DNA of 32,000 nucleotides from Candidatus Jordarchaeales archaeon (GCA_038889235.1 JAWAHN010000002.1:44356-76355), one strand, 5' to 3'. Shown: positions 1 through 8,611, numbered from the stretch's first letter. The notes: generated by a model from the letters alone, not told the origin. Program-made: numbers and translations.

Positions 1-607
1 GGTCAATGGCGTAGTCCTTATCTTCGTCCACGGCGTTGAGGAGCTGTTTTCTGACTTCCTCCGTTATAACCAATGGAGCTGCCTTCTTCGCTTCCTCCTT
101 AATTCCTAGGACGAGCCTGGCGATGGCCGTGAATGCTTGGTCAACCATGTACCTCGTCTTCGCACTCGTTTCGAAGTACAATGCTCCAATCTTTCTTGCT
201 ACGCGCTCTGCTTCATATCTTGGAACACGCCTTTCGTTAACTAGGTCGTGTTTGTTTCCCACAAGTATTACTGGAACCTTGCCACACACGCTCGTGAGCT
301 CATCATACCACTTTTCAACGTTCTCGAAACTTTTCACATTGGTTAGGTCAAAAACTATTACTCCGCCCTTCGCCTCAGTGTAAAAAAACGAGCGAAGGTG
401 AGCGAAGCTTGGCTGGCCACCCAAATCCCAAAGTTGCAACGTGACTATCTTGTTATCTAGTTCTATCTTGTAAGAGGCAAAGTCTGCTCCCAGCGTTGGG
501 CGGTAACTGGTCGGAAAAACATTCCTTGTGAGCCTCAGAATAAGGCTTGTTTTCCCTACACCTCCATCGCCTATAACAACTATCTTGAAGACGTATTCTT
601 CTTGCAT
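1..607 (-). CDS. Rab/Ras-like small GTPase, 3'-truncated by window edge
   Basis: Manual translation MQEEYVFKIVVIGDGGVGKTS...PTLGADF...LQLWDLGGQ...IVFDLT...VGNKHD...FETSAK gives G1-G5 motifs. Frame is open to position 1. ATG at 607 follows a GAGAGGA SD-like sequence; alternative ATG at 625. Not in the ORF track. Confidence 0.95.
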   Translation of the reverse strand, partial: MQEEYVFKIVVIGDGGVGKTSLILRLTRNVFPTSYRPTLGADFASYKIELDNKIVTLQLWDLGGQPSFAHLRSFFYTEAKGGVIVFDLTNVKSFENVEKWYDELTSVCGKVPVILVGNKHDLVNERRVPRYEAERVARKIGALYFETSAKTRYMVDQAFTAIARLVLGIKEEAKKAAPLVITEEVRKQLLNAVDEDKDYAID

Positions 608-671
608 TATTTTTCCTCTCAACATTTGTGGAAAAAATATCAATTAGAATTAAGACTTCTCCTGCAATAGA

Positions 672-696
672 TTATAAACACCTTATTTGTTATAAA
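672..696 (-). promoter_or_regulatory. Two TTTATAA TATA-like boxes upstream of the GTPase
   Basis: TTTATAA on the minus strand at 678-672 and 696-690, about 50-90 nt upstream of the candidate starts. Confidence 0.45.
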
Positions 697-737
697 GTTT
701 AGGTGTACTGCGTCAAACATGCTGCCTGCCGAAACGA

Positions 738-1139
738 CTAGAGGTACACAGTGAAACCACCACTCTTTCTGATATCTTTCACTCTGAATTTGGAAGCTCT
801 AACGAGTTCCAGTGTTTCAGGATACCCTGCCTTTTCGCCGACTTCCTCCTCGGTGAACCATCCAAACTTCAGTCTTCCCTCGCCGCTCCTTCCCTCAACT
901 TCACCTTTGAAAGCGAATATCACTGGAGATGACGGGTGGCAGACTTGTTGATAAATGCTCACAGTCCCCTCTATCCGCACATCGTACCCGGTCTCCTCCC
1001 TAACCTCGCGCCTTGCCGCCTCTGTGATTTCCTCTCCCTCTTCAACTCTTCCTCCGGGGAGAGCCCAGAATCCTTCCTTCTCCTCCACGAGAAGATATTT
1101 ACCCGAATGCTCAACAACGACGACAACCACCAGGCTCAA
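738..1139 (-). CDS. NUDIX hydrolase
   Basis: Nudix box GGRVEEGEEITEAARREVREETG; TTG start. Confidence 0.9.
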   Translation of the reverse strand: MSLVVVVVVEHSGKYLLVEEKEGFWALPGGRVEEGEEITEAARREVREETGYDVRIEGTVSIYQQVCHPSSPVIFAFKGEVEGRSGEGRLKFGWFTEEEVGEKAGYPETLELVRASKFRVKDIRKSGGFTVYL

Positions 1140-1256
1140 CGCGCCTCACGCCCACTTGCCAACTTCTGGGCACAACATATTTATGTGCCCTTTTCATGTC
1201 ATCGCTAGATAGTTGTCGGAAGGCTCGTCTGCTGAAAAATTGGCGGAGGACGAGCA

Positions 1257-2192
1257 GTGCTCGACGTTATAATCGTTGGGGCAGGACCTGCTGGGCTTGC
1301 AGCTGCGGCATTCACTGCAAGAAAAAAACTTAAAACTCTTGTGCTTGAAGCTGCCTCAACGGCAGGGGGTAAACCTGTCCTTCTCTATGCAAACAAAAAG
1401 GTCGATGACTTCATAGGTTTCCCTGACGGAGTCACAGGGCTCGAAATAGGGCAAGCCCTTGAACGCCACGCCAGGAGGTTCGGAGCCGAAATTAAGTGCA
1501 ATTCAAGGGTCGTAGACATATGTAGGACTGAAAATGGTTTCGTGGTAAAGGATGAAAACGGCGCAGAGTATTATGCTAAAGCTGTTATAATTGCTTTCGG
1601 TGTCCAGCCGCTTACCCACGCCGGTGTCAAGGGGGAAGACCTGTTTAAAGGTAGAGGGGTAAGGTACATTCTAGATGACGTTTCAGAGGTTAAGGGGAAG
1701 CGTGTCATAGTTGTTGGGGGCGGAGAAACTGCGGTCGAGACTGCGCTAAGAGCCAGCGGAGTTGCAGCTTCGGTCACACTAGTCCATAGGCGTAACATGC
1801 TGAGGGCTGATGAGTCCACAGTGGAACAATTAGTTGGTAGGGTCAAAGTTCTCTATGACACCATAGTTGAGGAATTAAGGGGGAATGGGTGGGTAAGAGA
1901 AGTCGTGACACTAAATTTGGAGACCGGGGAGAGACAAACGGTGGCCGCTGACGAAGTTATTTTTTGCGTAGGTCACAGCCCAGAAACGAACCTTTTATCT
2001 CGCCTAGGGGTTCAACTTTCAGATAAAGGGGAGGTTATCGTTAACCGGAGGCAGGAGACAAATGTCCCAGGCGTCTTCGCCGCAGGGGATGTGACTGGCG
2101 GCGTCATGCGCCTCTCGGCAGCCATAGGGGAAGGAGTGATAGCCGCTCTGAGCGCTTATGAGTACTTGAGAAAGCCTTACTGGCGGAAGTAA
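1257..2192 (+). CDS. TrxR-fold FAD/NADP oxidoreductase lacking CxxC (YumC-like ferredoxin-NADP+ reductase)
   Basis: GAGPAG FAD motif, GGGETA and HRRxxLRA NADPH motifs, C-terminal FAAGD. The segment where TrxB has CxxC reads GVRYILDD. Confidence 0.8.
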   Translation: MLDVIIVGAGPAGLAAAAFTARKKLKTLVLEAASTAGGKPVLLYANKKVDDFIGFPDGVTGLEIGQALERHARRFGAEIKCNSRVVDICRTENGFVVKDENGAEYYAKAVIIAFGVQPLTHAGVKGEDLFKGRGVRYILDDVSEVKGKRVIVVGGGETAVETALRASGVAASVTLVHRRNMLRADESTVEQLVGRVKVLYDTIVEELRGNGWVREVVTLNLETGERQTVAADEVIFCVGHSPETNLLSRLGVQLSDKGEVIVNRRQETNVPGVFAAGDVTGGVMRLSAAIGEGVIAALSAYEYLRKPYWRK

Positions 2193-2215
2193 TCTGGACC
2201 AAAAGGATCGCATGA

Positions 2216-3478
2216 TTAAAGCGTGTAAGTCTCTCCAACTTTAGGATTTATCGCTTGGCTACCATACTTATCCTCTATTTCTTCTGCCAGAGTGGTGCAC
2301 GCTTCTTTCTCACCGTGAACCGTGAAGAATATTGTCGAGTAGTCGGCGGTAGACTCTATGAAGGAGTGCAGTTGCTTCCTGTCAGCGTGTGACGAGAAAT
2401 TGAAGAACTTGACTTCTGCGTTAACGCGTTCAAGCTTCCCGTAAAGGGGGAAGTACCCTGTGTCCAGAAGCATTCTTCCAGGGGTGCCTGGAACTTGGAA
2501 GCTTACGAGAAATATGGCGTTTTCATAGTCTTTCGCGAGCATCCTCATGTAGTGGAGTGTAGGGCCTCCTTTTAACATTCCTGCAGTTGAAATTATTACA
2601 CCGGGGCGGGAGGCCGCTTCAACCCTGTCGTGGAAGCTTCGCACCCACCGGCATTTGCTTAACGCTCTAAGGAGGGTTTCGTAGTCTCTTATGTAGTTTG
2701 GGTGTTGGAGGAGGAGACGGCTCGCGTCGCGCGTCATCCCGTCAATTGTTATGTTGCACTCGACGTTATACCTTTCAAGAACGCAAAGTATTTCCTGTGA
2801 CCTAGCGAATGCGAACGCCGGGATCAAAACTACTCCTCCATCCTCGACGACGCTGAGCACTGCGTCTACAAATTCGCGCTCAGTCTGAAACCTTTCAGGA
2901 TGCTCCTCTAACGCGTACGTGCTCTCCATTATGACAACATCGGGCTTCAGTCCATCGAAGTCAGCTTTTTCGACAAGGCGCGTCCTGTTCATGTTGAAGT
3001 CTGAGGTGTAGAAAATCTGTTTGCCGTCCACTTTGATTAGCGTAGAGTATGCTCCTGGAACATGCCCTGCATTTATTATTTCCACCTCTAAGTTGTTCAC
3101 TTTGATCGTGTCACCGTAGTTTACAACGCGCGTGCTTCTAAGAAGTCTATCTATCTCCTTCCTTCCGAAGGGAAGCTTCTTCAGCTTCAGCATGTCTTCT
3201 ATGAGTAGTGGAAGCAGGCTCCGAGTGGGAGGCGTAACGTAAACTGGCGGCTCCCTCGAGCAATAATCGGTGAAAAGGGCGGGCGCCCCCCCAGCGTGGT
3301 CTAAGTGAACATGTGTCAAAAAAACGGCGTCTACATCAACAGGCAACCGTTCAGGCATGGGGTTATCTTTCTTCCCCATGTAGACGCCATAATCAATTAA
3401 TATGTTCGTGTCACCATCTGATATGACGATTCCCGAACCACCTACTGTTTGGCATCCTCCGAGAAACGTTAACTCCAA
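2216..3478 (-). CDS. MBL/beta-CASP ribonuclease (aCPSF-like, no KH domains)
   Basis: THVHLDH, AGH, YTSD, SSHAD and VHGE motifs. Start placed at TTG 3478 (MELTFLGG) after GGAGG. Confidence 0.9.
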   Translation of the reverse strand: MELTFLGGCQTVGGSGIVISDGDTNILIDYGVYMGKKDNPMPERLPVDVDAVFLTHVHLDHAGGAPALFTDYCSREPPVYVTPPTRSLLPLLIEDMLKLKKLPFGRKEIDRLLRSTRVVNYGDTIKVNNLEVEIINAGHVPGAYSTLIKVDGKQIFYTSDFNMNRTRLVEKADFDGLKPDVVIMESTYALEEHPERFQTEREFVDAVLSVVEDGGVVLIPAFAFARSQEILCVLERYNVECNITIDGMTRDASRLLLQHPNYIRDYETLLRALSKCRWVRSFHDRVEAASRPGVIISTAGMLKGGPTLHYMRMLAKDYENAIFLVSFQVPGTPGRMLLDTGYFPLYGKLERVNAEVKFFNFSSHADRKQLHSFIESTADYSTIFFTVHGEKEACTTLAEEIEDKYGSQAINPKVGETYTL

Positions 3479-3618
3479 AAGAAACAACCTCCAGTATAAT
3501 GCGGCCTCGTTTGTAGAGTTACGTAGTCAACGCTGGTAGTCCAGCCGCACGACATGTTAGCGATAAAAGGTTTCTCATCTAGTTTTCCTCACAAGCCATC
3601 TTTTTTAAAATTCTTGTA

Positions 3619-4485
3619 TTAACTTTCAGCTTTCTTATTTATAATTCTTACTATGTCTAAGCTTAAATCTAGGGATTTTGACGAATGGGTTATGTGCCCA
3701 GCAGAGATCACATCGACGCCTAGTGCAGCATAGTCTTCTACGTTATCGGGTTTGATTCCGCCCGAAACCTCTATTATCACTTTATCTCTTAATCCATGCT
3801 CCTCTAAAATTCGGATTGTTTTCTCCACTTCTTCCACGCTCATGTTGTCGAGCATTATTGCGTCAGCTCCCGAGACAGCTGCCTCTAAAGCTTCGTCCGG
3901 AGTGAAAACCTCCACTTCTATCTTTTTCGAGAAACTGGCTTTTTCTCTGGCGCGCCTGACGGCTTCCGCTATACTTCCAACTATTTTGATATGGTTGTCC
4001 TTTATCAAGACCATGTCGTCGAGGCGAAGCCTGTGTGTGTCTCCCCCGCCTATCTCTATGGCCTTCTTTTCGAAATATCTGAACCCTGGTGTAGTTTTCC
4101 TTGTACCAGCTATTCTGACTTTTTCGTTGATTCTCCTAGCTTTTTCCACGAGCTTTGCTGTCTCAGTTGCCACCCCGCTCATAGTCATCATGAGGTTGAG
4201 GACTGTTCTTTCAACACTTAAAATAGTCTTGGCGTCACCCCTTATCTCCATTATGACGCTCCCTTTCTTGACCTTTTCACCGTCCCTGACTTTCGCCGTC
4301 GCCTCCACCCCAACCATTTTGAAAAGTTCTAAGGCCTCTGATACCCCTGCTATGACTCCCTCATCCTTACAAATGATTTTAGCATCAACAATGACTCCCT
4401 CTGGAATAACTGCCTCACTAGTGATATCTCCAAAACCTAAGTCTTCAAGTAGAAAAAATGTTAGGAAGTTTCTAATGACATTCAC
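3619..4485 (-). CDS. nadC: Nicotinate-nucleotide pyrophosphorylase (quinolinate phosphoribosyltransferase)
   Basis: TRKTTPG, HRLRLDDMVLIKDNH, IEVEV, IMLDNM and EVSGGI motifs. Confidence 0.95.
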   Translation of the reverse strand: MNVIRNFLTFFLLEDLGFGDITSEAVIPEGVIVDAKIICKDEGVIAGVSEALELFKMVGVEATAKVRDGEKVKKGSVIMEIRGDAKTILSVERTVLNLMMTMSGVATETAKLVEKARRINEKVRIAGTRKTTPGFRYFEKKAIEIGGGDTHRLRLDDMVLIKDNHIKIVGSIAEAVRRAREKASFSKKIEVEVFTPDEALEAAVSGADAIMLDNMSVEEVEKTIRILEEHGLRDKVIIEVSGGIKPDNVEDYAALGVDVISAGHITHSSKSLDLSLDIVRIINKKAES

Positions 4486-5678
4486 GAGGTTCCCTCCCTG
4501 GCATTGGAAAGCGAGATTATTTCTCGTACCACCAAATCAACCGAGTTATTCTTAAGTATCTCTTTCTGAATGCGTGCGGCTCTCTCACGGTACGAGCCAT
4601 CTTCCAGAATATCGCTTATTGCCTTTAGGAGGGTTTCACGGTTGAGGTCTTTTTGGCGTATCACTTTCGCGATACCCATAGCCTCAGCAGAACGGGCGTT
4701 CATTTCATGCTCTGTATGCGCCGGCGTCGGAATGAGTATGGAGGGGACACCGTAGTACATGGACTCAGCAATAGTGTTATGCCCAGATCTGGAGACAACA
4801 ACATCGCACGCTTTGAGAACGAGGTATCTGTCGGGGATCCAGTTGTAAACCCTCACGCCATCCTTTCTAAAGACCTCTTTCACTTCCCCCGGGTATCCCA
4901 TGCTCATTATCACTTGATATTTTTCAGGGAGCCTAGAGATAATGTCCAGCAATAAAGCATTTAGAGAATCTCTCTCGATTCTGGTTCCAGATATCCCGAC
5001 GTAAATTAAGGGGCGCTCGTCGAAACCCAGCATGCGCTTGGCTTCCTCCTTGCTTGGAAGCTCATGGGGTAACTTGTCAATTATTTGCCCTACGAATTTT
5101 ACTCTCCTCAAAAATTTCACAGGTATTTTCAAGTGCTCCTTAGCTACAGTGTATGGAAATGGGAAATCGGGAACGAGCATCGAGGTGCTCCTACTCCACA
5201 TGAGCCACAAGATGCAAAGGATAATGTGCTCGCCAAACGACTTGATTTTCATTTTAACCTTGCCCAAGGGCTTCTTGTGCGGTATGAGAAGCTTAATCTG
5301 GTGTAGGAGAAGGACACATGGAACCCCTAGCAGAATGGATGCGAGAATAGGCGAAAGACGTGAGTCTGAAACAACCACATCTGGTTTAAACCCTTTAATG
5401 TTCCTTATCTCGCACACAAGCTGTTTTATAAATGTTAAAAGGTACTTGGGCCACCTTATGCTCGTCTGTAGCATTTCAATAGTTCCGTCTCTCCCCTCAA
5501 CCAATTTTATCTCCGGGACCTTAACTACCGGCAGTCTTAGAGCTGAAATAAACTCGACGGCGTCCCCATACGTGGAAAACAAAATTTGCGCACCAAGCTC
5601 CCTCAACCTTTTAGCTATGGGGAGACATCTACCTGCATGCCCCAAAGCCATGCCATTAGGAGCGAAGTACACTTTCAT
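4482..5678 (-). CDS. GT-B glycosyltransferase (GT28/MJ1255-like)
   Basis: GMALGHAGR, PDVVVSD and SRSGHNTIAESMYYGVPSILIP...EHEMNA motifs. Confidence 0.85.
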   Translation of the reverse strand: MKVYFAPNGMALGHAGRCLPIAKRLRELGAQILFSTYGDAVEFISALRLPVVKVPEIKLVEGRDGTIEMLQTSIRWPKYLLTFIKQLVCEIRNIKGFKPDVVVSDSRLSPILASILLGVPCVLLLHQIKLLIPHKKPLGKVKMKIKSFGEHIILCILWLMWSRSTSMLVPDFPFPYTVAKEHLKIPVKFLRRVKFVGQIIDKLPHELPSKEEAKRMLGFDERPLIYVGISGTRIERDSLNALLLDIISRLPEKYQVIMSMGYPGEVKEVFRKDGVRVYNWIPDRYLVLKACDVVVSRSGHNTIAESMYYGVPSILIPTPAHTEHEMNARSAEAMGIAKVIRQKDLNRETLLKAISDILEDGSYRERAARIQKEILKNNSVDLVVREIISLSNAREGTS

Positions 5679-5680
5679 CT

Positions 5681-6319
5681 TTACTCCCTCTCGTGCAGGA
5701 GCTCCTTCCGCGTTATCTTCCCACGCGGCTCCTCCTCTTCAAATATTACCCCGCGAAACACGTAGACCTCTGTGTCCTTGTCGAGCCAAGCATCAGGGGG
5801 CAAACCCGCCTTCATGCAACATTCGCACAGAAACGTTTCGGCATCCCAATTCCACTCAACGGGAACCTGTGGCAGTAGGAGTCCTCTAAAGGGCCCCCTT
5901 GCAACCATGAGTCCGTCACGTCCAATCTTGATTTTCTCAACGTACTCCCTTGGGTCCCTCACTTTAAGCAGCTCCGGTACAGATAGCACGGTAACCTCGA
6001 CAACTATGTTGTCGAGCTCATCTTCTCTGAGAGGAGGGAATCGTGGGTCGCGCGTTGCCTCTACAGCAGCTCTCATCGTGGCTTCAACGAGGGGGAAGTA
6101 TGGGAGAGGGTAACCTATGCACCCGCGAAGGTGCCTACTTCCACGAATCTGCTTGTTTATGGTGACAAAAACGCCCCCTTTCTCCTTAAGCTTGGGCGGT
6201 GCATCCTTCGGGAGGCTCCCCATTTTTCCCGTCCGAACGAATCTCTCAATGGTTTCCCTTGCAAGCCTAACGAGGAAGATTCCTTCTTCATCGCTAAGGT
6301 CTAAGACGTCCTTTGCCAA
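5681..6319 (-). CDS. AMMECR1-domain protein
   Basis: GVFVT, LRGCIG, DPRFPPL and GLLLPQVPVEWNWD...KAG motifs. Confidence 0.92.
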   Translation of the reverse strand: MAKDVLDLSDEEGIFLVRLARETIERFVRTGKMGSLPKDAPPKLKEKGGVFVTINKQIRGSRHLRGCIGYPLPYFPLVEATMRAAVEATRDPRFPPLREDELDNIVVEVTVLSVPELLKVRDPREYVEKIKIGRDGLMVARGPFRGLLLPQVPVEWNWDAETFLCECCMKAGLPPDAWLDKDTEVYVFRGVIFEEEEPRGKITRKELLHERE

Positions 6320-6359
6320 CTAAACCGCCCCTTAAACATTAACTGGAAAGATTAACGTT

Positions 6360-6872
6360 TCAATTAATATTAAATATTTCCCGGTCGCCCAGCGCTCGTT
6401 TAAACCTCACCTTCTCTAAAACTTTCTTCATAGACTTCCACATAGAACCCTTCCAATAAGTTTTACCGCAGGACGTGCAAATCCAAAATTCCCCGTATTT
6501 TTCAAGTATGCTCGGTGGGAGGTGATCAACCACTTCGTCCTTCTCAGCCTCCCTAACCTTGCCCCCGCACTTCGGGCAAAAAGAACGGCTAGGGTCTATT
6601 TCTAGGTTCAACTTAAACTCGCAAGCAATCTTGTGAAACTGATCGTAAAAGTCGTCGTTCTCCACGTAAAACGCCTTAACCCCGTGTCTCAAAGCCCGCC
6701 TGTAAAGGTGCATATCTCTAGTTAAAAGAACGCCTCCACTTTTCTCAGCAACCTTGATAAGAAAGTCGTCGCATCCGTCAGGATCATAGTAAACCTCATA
6801 TCCCAGTAACCTCAACCAGCGGCAGACCCTGCCAAGCATTGCGTCACAGACAAATTGGAGAATGGAAGACAC
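6360..6872 (-). CDS. Mut7-C RNase domain protein (PIN-like plus Zn ribbon)
   Basis: FVCDAMLGRVCRWLRLLGY, LLTRD, CPKCGG...CTSCGKTYWKGS. Start moved to GTG 6872 after AGGTGGG. Confidence 0.88.
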   Translation of the reverse strand: MSSILQFVCDAMLGRVCRWLRLLGYEVYYDPDGCDDFLIKVAEKSGGVLLTRDMHLYRRALRHGVKAFYVENDDFYDQFHKIACEFKLNLEIDPSRSFCPKCGGKVREAEKDEVVDHLPPSILEKYGEFWICTSCGKTYWKGSMWKSMKKVLEKVRFKRALGDREIFNIN

Positions 6873-6913
6873 CCCACCTAGATGAAGCCAGTTCCCCGGA
6901 GTGGTCTTCACTT

Positions 6914-7366
6914 CTAGGATTCAGAGGACGCCGACTTCCCTGTTTCCGCACTAAAGATATCCTTAGCACCCTTCTTAACAACTTTCATGTTTACCTGATA
7001 TATGTCGTACGAGATTGTATTCCCTCTAACTAGCTTCCTCCTGCGTTCCCCCTTCTTCTTAGGCCTAAATCCGGGACCCGAGCTAAGCAGCACCCTTTTC
7101 CGACCCGGTCCCTCTATGTCTGGCCTCATAGGAAAGCCGTCTTTATCCGAGCCGCCAGTAACTTGTAACTCGTAGCCTACTAGGCCTAAGGGGTCTCCCT
7201 TAACTATCTCGCCTATCTTTACGTCTATTAAGCTTCTGAACTTTACATCATCAACACTTATGGTGACGCTTCTACCCGTCTCAGGGTCGCTTACAACGAG
7301 CTTGCGTACATACTCTTCGCCTGCACGCTTCACTTCAACCACTCCTAGTAGCTTTGTAAGACTCAA
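6914..7366 (-). CDS. rps6e: 30S ribosomal protein S6e
   Basis: KLVVSDP, KIGE, ITGG-like VTGGSDKDGFPMRPD, GERRRKLVRG. True start may be GTG 7333 given the TATA position. Confidence 0.95.
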   Translation of the reverse strand: MSLTKLLGVVEVKRAGEEYVRKLVVSDPETGRSVTISVDDVKFRSLIDVKIGEIVKGDPLGLVGYELQVTGGSDKDGFPMRPDIEGPGRKRVLLSSGPGFRPKKKGERRRKLVRGNTISYDIYQVNMKVVKKGAKDIFSAETGKSASSES

Positions 7367-7380
7367 AACAAGATATCCTC

Positions 7381-7387
7381 TTATAAA
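7381..7387 (-). promoter_or_regulatory. TATA box of the rps6e operon
   Basis: TTTATAA on the minus strand just upstream of rps6e. Confidence 0.55.
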
Positions 7388-7417
7388 CTAAGCGCTCAAA
7401 TTCAGATTTGAAAGAGG

Positions 7418-7730
7418 GTTCTGAGTTAAGTAGGGATGTATAGTGGGTTGTTTTCGCTCCTACTTAACCCTTTCCCTCTCGATTAACCCATTGAGGGCCT
7501 GGGTGAAACCGCATCTGAAGGCTCAAAACAGCTACAACCCCCATCCAACATCAAACCGCATCTTTCACATTTAACGACCCTGCCCCGGATATGAAGCCGT
7601 GCTTCCAGAGCAAACTGGACAGGTTTTAGATGACCTAGCCAAGTTAACCTAAACGCCACTGAGAACAAAGCAGTCAACCCACATTTAAACCCATATGACC
7701 CGAAACCACTGACTACGGCGAGATTTCGGC
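7418..7730 (-). mobile_element. Non-autonomous IS200/IS605-family (IS1341-type tnpB) remnant
   Basis: Frameshifted TnpB C-terminus followed by a 10-bp inverted repeat (7425-7434/7459-7468) and a CAGAAC end. Left boundary is uncertain. Confidence 0.7.
7426..7648 (-). pseudogene. tnpB: tnpB C-terminal fragment
   Basis: Stitching frames gives VNLARSSKTCPVCSGSTASY/RGRVVKCERCGLMLD/VVAVLSLQMR/GFTQALNGLIERE/GLSRSENNPLYIPT*. This has the TnpB CxxC...CxxC Zn ribbon; the DRDxxA RuvC-III motif is degraded; about four frameshifts. Confidence 0.8.
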
Positions 7731-7783
7731 AAGCAAAACAATGCTCATAAATTTTAAAACATTAATGCCAACTTATCTTTTTC

Positions 7784-8599
7784 TCAAAAATTTTCCTTTT
7801 TTAATTTTTGGCAGACTTTCTCCCAGTCAACGAGCAATATTGCTGCAATAACTAGAATTATGAATGCTATACTTACCAACATCGCTAACAAACCGGTTTC
7901 ACCAGAATACCATTCAAGTATTGTTTTACCAAATATTTTAACTCTTGAAAACATTCGTGCGGCATATGTTATCAAAGTGCACATTATAATCTTCCCCGTG
8001 AAACATCCCAAGATTGTCTTTTTATAAGAGTACTTGATCATTCCCAAAGCCAGTAGCAATACGTCGTCAGGTAAGGGAGTTGCTGAAAAAAATATGATTA
8101 AAGGGATGGCCCAGCCCTGCTTTACGAGAGATTGGATGCGTTCAATTCGCTGATTGTAACGCGTGTTTTCAAGTGCTTCAGCTGCGCCTCGCCCAAGAAG
8201 CCAAGCAACGGTCTCTCCTATAGCGGCCCCTCCTCCAGCAGCGATTCCCATAAGCAGAGGGTTGATCCAGATATTAAAAATGACCAAAAACCATAGGAAG
8301 ACGACGTAGGGCACAGGGAAGATCACAGATAAGTTGCCAAAAATGCTGACGAGGAAAACTGCAAAATACTCCCCGAGGTCGCCGCCGGGAAAAAAATTTG
8401 CGAAACAAAACATCCACCAAGCTAAGGGATTCATCCACAGCATCAACAAGTCCCAGAGGAGGAAAGTAGGTTCAATAAAGTACGAGAGGTATGGATTGAT
8501 GAACGAGTAAACGTACCATGCTAAGAAGTGATCTGTCAGAAGAAATAGTGGAGTAGAAAAAATCCAATACTTGGTGATTGACTTTATCAGTTTAACCAC
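7784..8599 (-). CDS. DedA/VTT-family membrane protein
   Basis: Multiple hydrophobic helices; GAAIGETVAWLLG and FSATPLPDD motifs. Confidence 0.8.
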   Translation of the reverse strand: MVKLIKSITKYWIFSTPLFLLTDHFLAWYVYSFINPYLSYFIEPTFLLWDLLMLWMNPLAWWMFCFANFFPGGDLGEYFAVFLVSIFGNLSVIFPVPYVVFLWFLVIFNIWINPLLMGIAAGGGAAIGETVAWLLGRGAAEALENTRYNQRIERIQSLVKQGWAIPLIIFFSATPLPDDVLLLALGMIKYSYKKTILGCFTGKIIMCTLITYAARMFSRVKIFGKTILEWYSGETGLLAMLVSIAFIILVIAAILLVDWEKVCQKLKKENF

Positions 8600-8611
8600 C
8601 TTAATAGTGGT

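Noticed and set aside
36-383. 115-aa plus-strand ORF
   Set aside because: Antisense shadow of the Rab-like GTPase; S/T/F-rich with no motif.
3752-5889. Long plus-strand ORFs (267 aa and 285 aa)
   Set aside because: Antisense to nadC and the glycosyltransferase; composition typical of reverse-frame shadows.
7483-7677. 64-aa ORF as an independent gene
   Set aside because: It is one frame of the frameshifted tnpB remnant; only GRVVKCERCGLMLD is meaningful.
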